The notes beneath the pieces are model-generated. The model was not told where the DNA came from and made no database searches. It saw only the letters and a list, made by a program, of their open reading frames with translations. A DNA stretch of 64,000 bases, taken from contig JANRLD010000042.1 of the NCBI GenBank assembly GCA_033762915.1, forward strand, positions 1 through 64,000. Direction: 5' to 3'. Origin of the DNA: Meiothermus sp. (GTDB taxonomy: Bacteria; Deinococcota; Deinococci; Deinococcales; Thermaceae). Shown in pieces: positions 27,653 through 38,753 of this stretch (position 1 is the first letter of the stretch; every line of letters starts with the position of its first letter). Made by a program: the position numbers and the translations under genes.

Positions 27653-29845
27653 TCAGGTCTTGATGAGCTTCTTGATGCGGTCGGGAGTGAAGGGCATCTG
27701 GGTGGGCTGGACGCCGATGGCGTCGTAGATGGCGTTGGCGATGGCGGGGGCGGGGGTGATGCAGACCGGCTCGCCCGCCCCGAACTCCTGCATCTGCGGG
27801 CGGTTAATCAGGCGGATGTCGATCTCGGGGATTTCCTGGTAGCGCATGATGTTGTAGCTGCTCCAGTCCTCGCTGGTCACCCGCCCGTCGGTGAACTTGA
27901 CCTCCTCGTGCAGGGCCCAGCCGGCGGCCATGATGGTGCCGCCCTCGAGCTGGTTCCTCAGCCCGTCGGGGTTGACGATGCGCCCGCAGTCGTGGGCCAT
28001 GGTGAACTTCTTGACCTGTACCGCGCCGGTGGCTTTGTCCACCTCGACCTCGGCGATGTGGGCCACAAAGGTGGCGGCAGCACCCGACTCGTACTGGGCA
28101 AAGGCTACCCCCACGCCGCGCCCGCTGGGCTTGGTATGGGGCTGCCACTTGGCCCGGGCGGCAGCGGCGCTGAGCACCGCGCGGGCCCGGGGGTTGGTCA
28201 GGTGGCGCATGCGGAAGGCTACCGGGTCGTCGCCCGCGGCGTAGGCCACCTGATCCATGAAGGCTTCCATGGCGAAGGCTGCCGGGACGTGCTCGATGGA
28301 GCGGGCGAAGCCAGTGCGCAGCGGCGACTCGATGTTGTTGGTCACCACCCGCGCGGCGCTGAAGGCATAGAGGGGGTTGACGTTCTGGTTGCCCGCAGTG
28401 GCCCGCAGCGGCCGCCAGGGCAGCCAGTTCTCCGAGGAGTAGCCGATCACCATGCCCTGGTCGTCAATGCCGGCGTCGAGCCGGAAGACGCGCGCCGGGC
28501 GGAAGGGGGCGAGGTTGAACTCTTCCTGGCGCATCCACTGCAGGCGCACCGGGCGGCCCACGGTCTGCGAGAGGATCGCGGCCTCGATGTCGGCGTCGGT
28601 GACCAGGAGGCGCCCGTAGAGGCCCGAGCCCTCCATGCGGATGACCCGCACCTTGTCTTCGGTGAAGCCCAGCGCCTTGGCGGCCTCGCGGCGCACCATG
28701 AAGGGGCCCTGGGTGGGCGAGTAGATGGTGGCCTGGCCGTCTTTCACGTCGGCCACCGCCATCACCGGCATGATCGGGCCGTGGGCGTGGAAGGGGATGC
28801 GGTACTCGGCCCGCACCCGCTTGGCCGCGATGCGGAGGTTGGTGGCAGTGAGCGCGTCGTTGCGGCTGACGTTGGGGGTGGCCTTCTGCGTCACCATCCA
28901 GTCGTAGACCGTCTCCGAGGTGGGCATCTCGGTCTGGCCTTCCCACTTGGTGTTGGCCTCGAGGATCGAGAGGGCCTTGACCGCGGTCTCCTCGCGCTCG
29001 GCGATCACCGCCACCCAGTCGCGGGCCACGATGTTGTCCCCGGCGAAGAGGCTGGTGATGCTCTCGAGGCGCTTGTCTCCGGGCAGCTTGAAGGGCAAGA
29101 CCGCCACCACGCCGGGCAGGGCCTTGACCTTGCTGTCGTCCATCGAGACCAGCCTCGAGCCGAACTTGGGGCCGCGCAGGATGCGGGCGTGCAGCATCCC
29201 CGGCAGGCGCACGTTGGAGACGTAGTCGCCCTCGCCGCCGGTGAGGATGGTGGGGACCTCGATGCGGGGCACCGAGCGGCCCACCACGGTGTACTTGGCG
29301 GGGGGCTTGAGCGGGGCCCGACCGCTCACCGCGACCTTGGCAAAGTCGCCGTCGAGCAGTTCACCGTAGGTCGCCCGCTTGGTGCGGTCGGCGGTGGCGA
29401 AGATCACCCCGTCGCGCACCTGCAGGCCGTCTAGCGGGACGTTGAGCTTCTTGGAGGCCCGCTGCATCAGGGTCTGCCGGGCCTCGGCGCAGGCCGCGCG
29501 CAGCGGCGGGGCGCCAGAGCTGAGGCTGTTGCTGCCCCCGGTGATCCCCTGGTTGGGCACGCTCTGGGTGTCGCCCATGATCACGTTGACCGACCTGAAG
29601 GGCACGTACAGCTCGTCGGCCACGATCTGGGCGAAGGCGGTGCGGATGCCGGTGCCGAGGTCGACCTTGCCGATAAAGGCGGTGACCTTGCCGTTGGCCT
29701 CGATCTTAAGCCAGTTACCCACCACCTGCTGGGGGGCAGCCTGCTGGGCCAGGGCGGGGTGGGCCTTCTCGACGATGGTGAAGGTCACCACCAGCGCCCC
29801 GGCCCCCTTCAGTACGTCGCGGCGGGAGACTTTGGAGGCGCCCAT
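27653..29845 (-). CDS. xanthine-dehydrogenase-family molybdopterin subunit (IorB-like) with a Tat signal
   Basis: SRRDVLK twin-arginine motif; GTGIRTAFAQIVADEL; DCG.IVNP..L.NQLEGG; GAGEP. Confidence 0.88.
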   Translation of the reverse strand: MGASKVSRRDVLKGAGALVVTFTIVEKAHPALAQQAAPQQVVGNWLKIEANGKVTAFIGKVDLGTGIRTAFAQIVADELYVPFRSVNVIMGDTQSVPNQGITGGSNSLSSGAPPLRAACAEARQTLMQRASKKLNVPLDGLQVRDGVIFATADRTKRATYGELLDGDFAKVAVSGRAPLKPPAKYTVVGRSVPRIEVPTILTGGEGDYVSNVRLPGMLHARILRGPKFGSRLVSMDDSKVKALPGVVAVLPFKLPGDKRLESITSLFAGDNIVARDWVAVIAEREETAVKALSILEANTKWEGQTEMPTSETVYDWMVTQKATPNVSRNDALTATNLRIAAKRVRAEYRIPFHAHGPIMPVMAVADVKDGQATIYSPTQGPFMVRREAAKALGFTEDKVRVIRMEGSGLYGRLLVTDADIEAAILSQTVGRPVRLQWMRQEEFNLAPFRPARVFRLDAGIDDQGMVIGYSSENWLPWRPLRATAGNQNVNPLYAFSAARVVTNNIESPLRTGFARSIEHVPAAFAMEAFMDQVAYAAGDDPVAFRMRHLTNPRARAVLSAAAARAKWQPHTKPSGRGVGVAFAQYESGAAATFVAHIAEVEVDKATGAVQVKKFTMAHDCGRIVNPDGLRNQLEGGTIMAAGWALHEEVKFTDGRVTSEDWSSYNIMRYQEIPEIDIRLINRPQMQEFGAGEPVCITPAPAIANAIYDAIGVQPTQMPFTPDRIKKLIKT

Positions 29846-29846
29846 G

Positions 29847-30314
29847 TCAGCTCATCTCCTTCGCGGCCTGCTGCACCGCCGCCACCACGCGGACGTGGCA
29901 GGCGCAGCGGCACAGGTTGTTGTTGAGGGCCTCCTTGATCTGCTCGGCCGTGGGGGTACGGTTTTGCATTAGGAAGGCGGTCGAGGTCATGATCATGCCG
30001 TTCATGCAGTAGCCGCACTGCGCGGCCTGCTGCTCGATGAAAGCCTTCTGCACCGGGTGTGGCTTCTCGACGTTGCCGAGTCCCTCGAGGGTAGTGATCT
30101 CCTTGCCCACCGCCGCCGAGACGGGGTAGACGCAGGTGCGGGTGGCTGCGCCGTCCACGATGCAGGTGCAGGCCCCGCACTGGGCCAGCCCGCAGCCGAA
30201 CTTGGGGCCGTTGAGCTGGAGATCGTTGCGCAGGATGTACAGCAACTGTGCATCCGGCTCGGCCGTGACCTCGTGAACTTTACCGTTCACTTTTAACGCG
30301 TACTTTTCCGCCAT
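29847..30314 (-). CDS. (2Fe-2S)-binding subunit (IorA/CoxS-like)
   Basis: KFGCGLAQCGACT, QCGYC, NLCRC. Confidence 0.93.
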   Translation of the reverse strand: MAEKYALKVNGKVHEVTAEPDAQLLYILRNDLQLNGPKFGCGLAQCGACTCIVDGAATRTCVYPVSAAVGKEITTLEGLGNVEKPHPVQKAFIEQQAAQCGYCMNGMIMTSTAFLMQNRTPTAEQIKEALNNNLCRCACHVRVVAAVQQAAKEMS

Positions 30315-30372
30315 GAACCCTCCCTTGGGTTATTCACCCAGACAACCGAACTTCACAAAAGGATTTTTTGTG

Positions 30373-30391
30373 TATCAAAGATATTTTGATA
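30373..30391. promoter_or_regulatory. AT-rich palindromic operator candidate upstream of the 2Fe-2S gene
   Basis: TATCAAA-GATAT-TTTGATA. Confidence 0.45.
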
Positions 30392-30514
30392 AATAGGCGC
30401 ATTTTGTAGTTTGAGTTACTATTATCCGCGAAAACGGCGGGCGTAACGCCCCCACTGGAGGGCGCCCCCCGGCCCTTTCTGGCGAGCGCTCCCGACGGGC
30501 CGCTGTGGGGTTGC

Positions 30515-30560
30515 TTGACAAAGCCCAGGTGGTCTACTTACTATTCGCATACGTATGCGA
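30515..30560 (+). promoter_or_regulatory. promoter plus LacI-type operator O1
   Basis: TTGACA-18bp-TACTAT followed directly by the palindrome TCGCATACGTATGCGA (30545-30560). Confidence 0.8.
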
Positions 30561-30672
30561 TAGTCGCTGGAAGCTGGCCCAGCGCTTCGGGGCTGGCCGG
30601 GCTTCGGCGGACATTGACCGAGCTGCGCGTCCACATCCCTGTTTCCGCCGGCCAAACCGAGATTAATTGCCT

Positions 30673-31689
30673 ATGCGCCGCAAGCCTTTCCGCTCCCGGG
30701 TAACCTCCCACGAGGTGGCGCTGCGGGCGGGGGTCTCGCAGAGCACCGTCAGCCGGGTCTTCAGCGGGGGCGAGGGTCTCTCGCAGGCCACGCGCCAGCG
30801 GGTGCTGGACGCGGCCCGCGACCTCAAGTACAAGCCCAACGCCATCGCGCGCAGCCTCAGCACCCGGCGCACTCAGATCATCGGGCTGGTGAGCAGCCAC
30901 ATGACCAACCCCTACTTTCCGTTGGTGCTACAGGCTTTCACCCAGCGGCTGCACGAGCTGGGCTGGAAGGTGCTACTGATCTCGGCCGGCCTCAACGAGG
31001 ACGTCGACGAGCTGCTGCCGGAGGTGCTGGCCTACCAGGTCGACGGGCTGGTGATCGTGACCGGCCTGCACGGCCGCCGCATCACCGAGGAGGCCCAGCG
31101 GCAGGGCCTGCCGGCGGTGCTCTTCGGGCGTTACGCGATGGGCTCGGGGGTCAGCGCGGTCTCCTGCGCCAACTACGAGGCCGGCCGCGAGGTGGCCGAC
31201 GCCTTCCTCGAGGCCAGCCACCGGCGCCTGGCCTACATCGGCGGCCTGGAGGACACCTCGGCCAACGTGGACCGGCGCAAGGGCTTCGTGGAGCGGCTGG
31301 CCGAGCGCGGTGTGGGTGGTTGCCAGGAGGAACTGGGCGTCTTCACCTACCATGGCGGCTACGAGGCGGCTACCCGCCTGCTGCGCTCCGCGAGCCCGCC
31401 CGACGCCATCTTCTGTGCCAACGACATGCCGGCCTTCGGCGTGTTGGACGCGGCCCGGGACCTGGGCGTGAGGGTGCCCGACGACCTCTCGGTAATCGGC
31501 TTCGACGACATCCCGATGGCCCAGTGGTCGCCCTACAACCTCACCACCGTCCGCCAGCCGGTGGAGGAGATGATCGAGGTCACCCTCGAGCTGCTTCTCG
31601 AGCGCATCGACAACGCCAAGGCGGGTTCGGTGGTCAGATTTTTGCCGGGGATCCTGGTGCGCCGGGGTTCGGCCCGCCTGATCCACTAA
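30673..31689 (+). CDS. LacI family transcriptional regulator
   Basis: [32 protein letters not shown] hinge; [12 protein letters not shown]. Confidence 0.95.
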   Translation: MRRKPFRSRVTSHEVALRAGVSQSTVSRVFSGGEGLSQATRQRVLDAARDLKYKPNAIARSLSTRRTQIIGLVSSHMTNPYFPLVLQAFTQRLHELGWKVLLISAGLNEDVDELLPEVLAYQVDGLVIVTGLHGRRITEEAQRQGLPAVLFGRYAMGSGVSAVSCANYEAGREVADAFLEASHRRLAYIGGLEDTSANVDRRKGFVERLAERGVGGCQEELGVFTYHGGYEAATRLLRSASPPDAIFCANDMPAFGVLDAARDLGVRVPDDLSVIGFDDIPMAQWSPYNLTTVRQPVEEMIEVTLELLLERIDNAKAGSVVRFLPGILVRRGSARLIH

Positions 31690-31914
31690 TCAATCCCCCA
31701 CCCCCTGAGCGAAGAGGTATCCCGGTCTGCGGGAGGCGGCGCGCTCAGGGACCAGGCACTTAACCAGCCGCCGTCCGTGTTTTACGCGAGTACTCCGCGG
31801 GCCAAGTCGGGCCAGGGTAGGTCTAGGGTAAGTCTGTAGCTCAGGCGGACGCGGTATTAAGGTGCCCTGATGCACCCGCCGGCGCAATTCACCACGCTTA
31901 ACTTCGGCCCTCTA

Positions 31915-32033
31915 AATTGCGCCAGGGTAAACGCGCGCAACCGGCGGACGCGGTAGACACGGGCCAGGGCGGAGTGGCTACCCGAGTCGTGATTCTCTGC
32001 GGGATTTGGCGGGCGGCATCTCGCGTTTCAACT
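31915..32033 (-). repeat. family B element
   Basis: Reverse complement reads AGTTGAAACGCGAGATGCCGCCCGCC...GGGTAGCCACTCCGCCCTGG...TACCCTGGCGCAATT. Confidence 0.7.
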
Positions 32034-32220
32034 TTGGAGGTACTTAAGGGCGAAGCCTCGAGCGGCCCAGCCAGCTCTCTATGCCGCACAATGCCGGGGG
32101 CCGGTAGACATCGGTCCAGGAAAATCCTTAAGGTGTCGTCTGTGACGCGCTCCTCCGGCGATTAGAAGGGCGCCAATTTTTCCCCTCTTGGCGACTCTGT
32201 TCACCCGGAACGGGGGAGTA

Positions 32221-32268
32221 TTGACAGCGTAGCCTGAATTACAATACTATTTTTGCATACGTATGCAA
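32221..32268 (+). promoter_or_regulatory. promoter plus operator O2
   Basis: TTGACA-18bp-TACTAT then TTGCATACGTATGCAA (32253-32268). Confidence 0.8.
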
Positions 32269-32380
32269 TATAGACGCTGACGCGGGCCGCTTACGGGTGC
32301 TCCACAGCACTTTTTTCGGATCGCCCAATGTTGCTCAGATGGCTTTAGAAAGGCGACTAAACGGCTGCGCTGGAGTGGTT

Positions 32381-32408
32381 TTGACTTGTGCATACGTATG
32401 CCTAAAAG
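32381..32408 (+). promoter_or_regulatory. operator O3 (32390-32401), possibly within a second promoter
   Basis: GCATACGTATGC lies between TTGACT and TAAAAG. Confidence 0.7.
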
Positions 32409-32428
32409 CTGCCTCAAGGGAGGTCTGT

Positions 32429-33343
32429 TTGAGCCACACACGGGTACGCATCCACAAGGCGGAGCGGCAAAGCTTCCTGAGTAAACACGCCGCCACCCTG
32501 GCGGTGCTGCCCGTCTTTGGGATCGCGCTGTTTTTCTACTTCGGGTCGGCAATCTGGTCGATCGTGATGTCCTTCACGGCCAGCAAGTTCTTCCCCGACT
32601 ACGCCTTCGTGGGGCTGCGCCAGTACAGCCGCCTAGCCGACGACAGCCTGTGGAGCCTCTCACTGCAGAACCTGGGGGTCTTCGCGCTGGGCAGCCTGGG
32701 CAGCCTGGTGCTGGGCTTCGTGCTGGCGGTGCTCCTCGACGAGAGCAAGGTGCGCGGGGAGGGCTTCTTCCGCACCGTCTACCTCTACCCAATGGCGGTC
32801 TCGCTGATCATTACCGGGCTGGTCTGGCAGTGGCTGTTTAACCCGGGCCTGGGCCTGCAGCAGTTCTTCCGCGACCTGGGTCTCACCGACTTCGACTTCA
32901 ACTGGGTCGGCGACAAGCATAAGGTGATGTACGCGGTGATCCTGGCCTCGATCTGGCAGAGCGCGGGCTTTTACATGGTGCTGTGCTCAGCCGGCCTTAA
33001 GGGCATCGACGCCGAGGTCTGGCAGGCCAGCCGCATCGACGGCATCCCCAAATACCGGATGTACCTCGAGGTCATCATCCCGATGATGAGCTTCACCTTC
33101 CTGACTAGCTTCGTGCTCCTGTCCATCGGGGCGGTGAAGGCCTACGACATCATCGTGGCCATGACCAACGGCGGGCCCGGCGGCGGCTCCACGCTGCCGG
33201 CCTACTACATCGTCGACGCCTACATCAACCGGCGCAACATCGCGCTGGGGGCGGCGGGCTCGACGGTGCTGCTGCTGATCGTGGCGGCCTTCCTGATCGC
33301 CATGCCGCTGATCAACTTGGCCCTGAACCGGAGGAAGAGTTAA
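32429..33343 (+). CDS. carbohydrate ABC permease (MalF-like)
   Basis: GGAGG RBS plus TTG start; FVGLRQY; EAA-like loop QASRIDG. Confidence 0.9.
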   Translation: MSHTRVRIHKAERQSFLSKHAATLAVLPVFGIALFFYFGSAIWSIVMSFTASKFFPDYAFVGLRQYSRLADDSLWSLSLQNLGVFALGSLGSLVLGFVLAVLLDESKVRGEGFFRTVYLYPMAVSLIITGLVWQWLFNPGLGLQQFFRDLGLTDFDFNWVGDKHKVMYAVILASIWQSAGFYMVLCSAGLKGIDAEVWQASRIDGIPKYRMYLEVIIPMMSFTFLTSFVLLSIGAVKAYDIIVAMTNGGPGGGSTLPAYYIVDAYINRRNIALGAAGSTVLLLIVAAFLIAMPLINLALNRRKS

Positions 33344-34248
33344 TGCGCATAGCCCCCGAGATCCGCTCCGCGTTGGCCCTCCCCAACCGGATACCGTCCA
33401 AGAACCCGGTCTCCCGGGTGGTCATCTTCCTGATCCTGCTGGCCTTCGCGGTGCTGTTCGCGGTGCCGCTGTACGTGATGATCGTGACCTCCCTGAAGAG
33501 CATGGACGAGATCCGTATGGGCCACATCTTCGCCCTGCCCGTCAACCCCACCTTCGAGGCCTGGGACATCGCCTGGAACAAGGCCAGCAGCGGTTTCGCC
33601 GCGCACGGGCTGAAGTCGGGCTTCTGGAACTCGGTGGCCATCCTGGTGCCCAGTCTGCTGATGTCGGTGGCGGTCTCCTCGATCTGCGGCTACGCGCTGG
33701 CCTTCTGGAAGGTGAGGTTCGGCAACGTGCTGCTCTCGCTCCTGCTGGTCTGCGCCTTCATCCCCTTCCCGATCATCATGTACCCGCTGATCAAGATCAC
33801 CGCCGCGCTCAAGATCTACAACACCTCCTTCGGGGTCTCGGTGATCCACACCATTCTGGCTCTCCCGATCCTCACCATGATCTTCCGCAACTACTTCGCC
33901 TCGATCCCTTTGGACCTGATCAAGGCCGCGCGCATCGACGGCGGGCGTTTCCTGGGCACCTTCTGGCACATCATCCTGCCGCTGTCGCCCAACATCCTGA
34001 TCGTGGTGGCGATCATGCAGATCACCGGCATCTGGAACGACTTCCTGGTCGGCCTGACCTTTGGCAACGTGCAGGCCTACCCCATGACCGTCAACCTCAA
34101 CAACATCACCCAGACCCAGACCGGCGTGCGGGTCTACAACGTCTACATGGCTGCGGCGATGCTCACCGCGATCCCGCCCCTGGTGATCTACTTCCTCTCC
34201 GGGCGGCTGTTCATCCGCGGCATCACCGCCGGGGCGCTGAAAGGGTAG
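33343..34248 (+). CDS. carbohydrate ABC permease (MalG-like)
   Basis: LIKAARIDG; WNDFL; ends GITAGALKG. Confidence 0.92.
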   Translation: MRIAPEIRSALALPNRIPSKNPVSRVVIFLILLAFAVLFAVPLYVMIVTSLKSMDEIRMGHIFALPVNPTFEAWDIAWNKASSGFAAHGLKSGFWNSVAILVPSLLMSVAVSSICGYALAFWKVRFGNVLLSLLLVCAFIPFPIIMYPLIKITAALKIYNTSFGVSVIHTILALPILTMIFRNYFASIPLDLIKAARIDGGRFLGTFWHIILPLSPNILIVVAIMQITGIWNDFLVGLTFGNVQAYPMTVNLNNITQTQTGVRVYNVYMAAAMLTAIPPLVIYFLSGRLFIRGITAGALKG

Positions 34249-34256
34249 GGGGAGCG

Positions 34257-35345
<1,089 letters not shown>

Positions 35346-35417
35346 ATCAGGGTGATTCATCCGGCGGAGGGCCGGATTGATCCACAACGCACAAGGTAGG
35401 CACAACGGAGGTCTGGT

Positions 35418-36668
35418 ATGAAGAAGACAGTTCTGGTTATCGCGGGGCTCCTGGCCCTGGTGGCGGCCTTCGGCTTCGCCCAGCAGAGGAAGCTCGGCGA
35501 GCTGGTGGTGTTCAACAACTGGTCCTCCGAGGCCGAGCTGGGGGCGCTCAATGTGATCCGCCAGGCGTTCATCGCCCAGGGCGGCAAGTGGAAGGACATC
35601 ACCATCGCCCACGACACCGGCGCGAGCATCCCGCTGATCAACATGCTCACCGGCGGCAACCCGCCTGACGTGTTCATTGAGAACAACGTGCAGTTGCGGC
35701 GCGAGCTGTTCAAGCAGGGCCTCCTGCACGACTTCACCGCCTACTACAACTCCCTGAACATCGACAAGTTCGTCCCGCCGGCGGTGAAGGAGGCGATGAT
35801 GGTCGACGGCAAGGTGCTCAGCGCGCCGCTGGGCATCCACATCGTGGGCACCATCTTCTGGAACACCGCCGCGGCCAAGAAGGTCGGCGTCAACCCCAAC
35901 TCCTGGAAGAGCCTCGAGGAAATGTTCGCCGACTTCCCCAAGATCCGCAAGGCCGGCCTGATCCCGCTGGCCATTGGGGCCCAAAAGTGGCAGCTGGAGT
36001 ACCTGCTGCAGTCCATGCTGGCCCAGGTCTCGGGCAAGCTCTACAACGACATCTGCGGGCTCAACCCCAACAAAGCCGCCATCGACACCCCCGAGATGCG
36101 TAAGGCCCTGGCCTACTTCCGCCAGATCCAGAAGGAGGCCGACCCCGGCAGCGCCAACCGCAACTGGAACGACACCACCAACCTGGTTATCCGCGGCGAG
36201 GCCCTGATGCAGCTCCACGGTGACTGGATGAAGGGCGAGTTCCTGGCCGCCAAGAAGAAGATCGGCGTGGACTTCGACTCCCGCCTGGTGCCCGGCGCCA
36301 ACGCGGTGCAGGTCACGGTGGACGAGGAGACCTTCCTCAAGCCCAAGGACGCCACCAAGCAGGCCTCGATCGAGGCCCTCTTCAAGATCATGATGGACCG
36401 CCGCACCACCGAGAAGTTCAGCTCCATCAAGGGCAGCACCCCCATCCGCCTCGACGCCGTGATCGGCGTGGACAAGCACGCCAAGATGGTGCTGGCCGCC
36501 TTGAACAAGCCCAACTACGGCTACCCGGTCTCCAATATCACCATGGACCCCGACTGGAAGCAGTCCTTCCAGGACCTAGCCGACACCTTCTGGAACACCC
36601 CCAACATGACCGCCGACGAGTTCATCAAGCAACTCCAGGGCAAGTACGACCAGGTGTTCAAGAAGTGA
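35418..36668 (+). CDS. carbohydrate ABC substrate-binding protein
   Basis: Signal peptide; GGNPPDVF; WNDTTNLVIRGEALMQLHGDW. Confidence 0.9.
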   Translation: MKKTVLVIAGLLALVAAFGFAQQRKLGELVVFNNWSSEAELGALNVIRQAFIAQGGKWKDITIAHDTGASIPLINMLTGGNPPDVFIENNVQLRRELFKQGLLHDFTAYYNSLNIDKFVPPAVKEAMMVDGKVLSAPLGIHIVGTIFWNTAAAKKVGVNPNSWKSLEEMFADFPKIRKAGLIPLAIGAQKWQLEYLLQSMLAQVSGKLYNDICGLNPNKAAIDTPEMRKALAYFRQIQKEADPGSANRNWNDTTNLVIRGEALMQLHGDWMKGEFLAAKKKIGVDFDSRLVPGANAVQVTVDEETFLKPKDATKQASIEALFKIMMDRRTTEKFSSIKGSTPIRLDAVIGVDKHAKMVLAALNKPNYGYPVSNITMDPDWKQSFQDLADTFWNTPNMTADEFIKQLQGKYDQVFKK

Positions 36669-36679
36669 TCTGACCGGGT

Positions 36680-36713
36680 ATCGGGGAGGCGAACCGCTTC
36701 CCCGATGTTTTTT
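36680..36713 (+). terminator. intrinsic terminator
   Basis: ATCGGGGAGGCG-aac-CGCTTCCCCGAT followed by a T-run. Confidence 0.8.
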
Positions 36714-36921
36714 CGGCGGGTGTGGAAGCGGTTCGCTGACGGCTGGATGGCGCGAGGGCGTTTGGGATTTCGAGAACGAACAGCGTTTCCCACCATTACT
36801 CAGTACAGGGAGCTGGCCGAGGTTCTCGAAGATTCGCCCTGAGCCGGTCGAAGGGCTAGCTCGCACCCTGTAGGGAGGAAATGCGGTAACCGATGAACGT
36901 ATTTCCGAAGCGAAAACACGG

Positions 36922-37006
36922 AATGCCGCCCGCCGACCCTAGCAGGGGATTGCGCCAGGAGCGATTGGCCGCATCCGCCTGTGCTTCATACTCACCCTGG
37001 CGCAAC
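36922..37006 (+). repeat. family B element
   Basis: ATGCCGCCCGCC...GGGATTGCGCCAGG...CACCCTGGCGCAAC. Confidence 0.65.
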
Positions 37007-37100
37007 GTATCCTTATCGGCACCTGTAGGGTGCGGCACGCACCCCGTACAGCTATGGGCAGTCACCTATCGGCTATAACTGGTTAAAGAGCGGAGATCCA

Positions 37101-38546
37101 ATGATTCAGTCCAAGACAGGAGCCTTCGAGATCGTGTGCGACGTGGGGATCGAGCGCATCCCCGGGTCGACGGCCTTCGACCCCCGGAGCCAGACCTACA
37201 CCATGGTTGGTAGCGGCAACAACATCTGGGGCACCGAGGACGAGTTCCAATTCGCGGCGCTGCCTGCGGTGGGTGACTTCATCCTCACCGTGCGGGGCGC
37301 GTTCCGGGGTGAGGGCAAGAACCCCCACCGCAAGTGGGGCATCATGTTCCGGGAGAGCCTCGAGGCCGACTCCCCCTACGCCGACGCCTGCGTGCACGGC
37401 GACGGCCTGACCTCGCTACAGTACCGCCCGGCCAAGGGCGCCCCCACCGCCGAGGTGGTCGCCCCGCTGACCACGCCCGACTACGTGCAGCTGGAGCGCT
37501 GCGGCCCCGAGATCGTCATGCGGGCGGCCAAGTCGGGCGAGCCGTTGGTCGAGACCGGGCGGGTGCGGATCGGTCTGGAGGGCCAGGTCTATGCCGGCCT
37601 GTTCGTCTGCTCCCACGAGATCGACGCGGCCGAGACCGCCGACTTCTCCAACTTCCGCTTCGACGTGCCCGCCGCCGAGGACGCGCCGCCCTCGCCCAGC
37701 CGGATGGAGATCCTCGAGGTCGAGACCGGCCACCGCCGGGTGATCTACTCGAGCACCCGGCACTTCGAGGCCCCCAACTGGTCGCGCGACGGCGGCTACC
37801 TGCTGTTCAACCAGGAGGGCCGGATCTACAAACTGGGCCTGGAGACCGGCCATCTCGCGCTCCTGGACACCGGCCAGGTGCGGGCCAACAACAACGACCA
37901 CGGTATTTCCTTCGACGGGAAGAAGCTGGCCCTCTCGAGCCACACCGAACACCCCGGCCGCAAGCCCGGCTCGCAGATCTACGTGGTGGACGTGGAGGGC
38001 GGTGAGCCGGTGCAGGTCACCGACCAGGCCCCCTCCTACTGGCACGGCTGGTCGCCCGACGGCCGGACCCTGGTCTACTGCGCCGAGCGCGAGGGCAACT
38101 ACGACGTGTACTCGATCCCGGCCGAGGGTGGCCCCGAGACCCGCCTCACCACCGACCCCGGCCTCGACGACGGCCCCGAGTTCAGCCCCGACGGCCAGTA
38201 CGTCTACTTCAACTCCACCCGCAGCGGCCAGATGAAGATTTGGCGCATGCGGCCCGACGGCGGCGAGCAGGAGCAGGTCAGTTTCGGTGACTACAACGAC
38301 TGGTTCGCCCACCTCTCACCGGATGGCTCGAGGATGGTTTACGTCTCCTACCCGCTCAGCGTCCCCGCCGCCAGCCATCCACCCAACCAGCGCGTGATGC
38401 TGCGCCTCCAGGACGTCGCCACCGGCGAGGTGCGGGTGCTGGCCCACCTCTACGGCGGCCAAGGCAGCCTCAACGTGCCCTCCTGGAGCCCCGACGGGAA
38501 GTACCTGGCGTTCGTCTCCTACACCTACGGCGATCCGGCGATTTAA
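37101..38546 (+). CDS. TolB-like beta-propeller (PD40 repeats) with an N-terminal beta-sandwich-like domain and no signal peptide
   Basis: Repeated (W/F)SPDG blades; N-terminal GSGNNIWGTEDEFQF...K.GIMFRESL. Confidence 0.8.
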   Translation: MIQSKTGAFEIVCDVGIERIPGSTAFDPRSQTYTMVGSGNNIWGTEDEFQFAALPAVGDFILTVRGAFRGEGKNPHRKWGIMFRESLEADSPYADACVHGDGLTSLQYRPAKGAPTAEVVAPLTTPDYVQLERCGPEIVMRAAKSGEPLVETGRVRIGLEGQVYAGLFVCSHEIDAAETADFSNFRFDVPAAEDAPPSPSRMEILEVETGHRRVIYSSTRHFEAPNWSRDGGYLLFNQEGRIYKLGLETGHLALLDTGQVRANNNDHGISFDGKKLALSSHTEHPGRKPGSQIYVVDVEGGEPVQVTDQAPSYWHGWSPDGRTLVYCAEREGNYDVYSIPAEGGPETRLTTDPGLDDGPEFSPDGQYVYFNSTRSGQMKIWRMRPDGGEQEQVSFGDYNDWFAHLSPDGSRMVYVSYPLSVPAASHPPNQRVMLRLQDVATGEVRVLAHLYGGQGSLNVPSWSPDGKYLAFVSYTYGDPAI

Positions 38547-38589
38547 GGGCTGAGAGCAGAGAGCAGAGAGTCGAGAGCCAAGGACTGAA

Positions 38590-38652
38590 GTAGGGTGGGC
38601 TGTGCCCACCGTCTCGGCGGTCGTGGAGTTCGGCGTACACAGCCCACCCTAC
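38590..38652. repeat. GTAG-type REP doublet (REPIN-like)
   Basis: GTAGGGTGGGC-TGT-GCCCACC with an inverted partner ...ACAGCCCACCCTAC. Confidence 0.7.
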
Positions 38653-38753
38653 ATCCGTCAGAAGGTTGCAGACTTAAAGCAATTAGCTGTTAGCGGTTAG
38701 CTAATTGCTAACAGCTAATTGCTAATAGCCAACAGCTCCCTCGAGTACACACC

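Noticed and set aside
27581..29434. 617-aa plus-strand ORF (likewise 34620..36479 minus and many other long ORFs)
   Set aside because: Antisense shadows of GC-rich genes with no recognisable motifs
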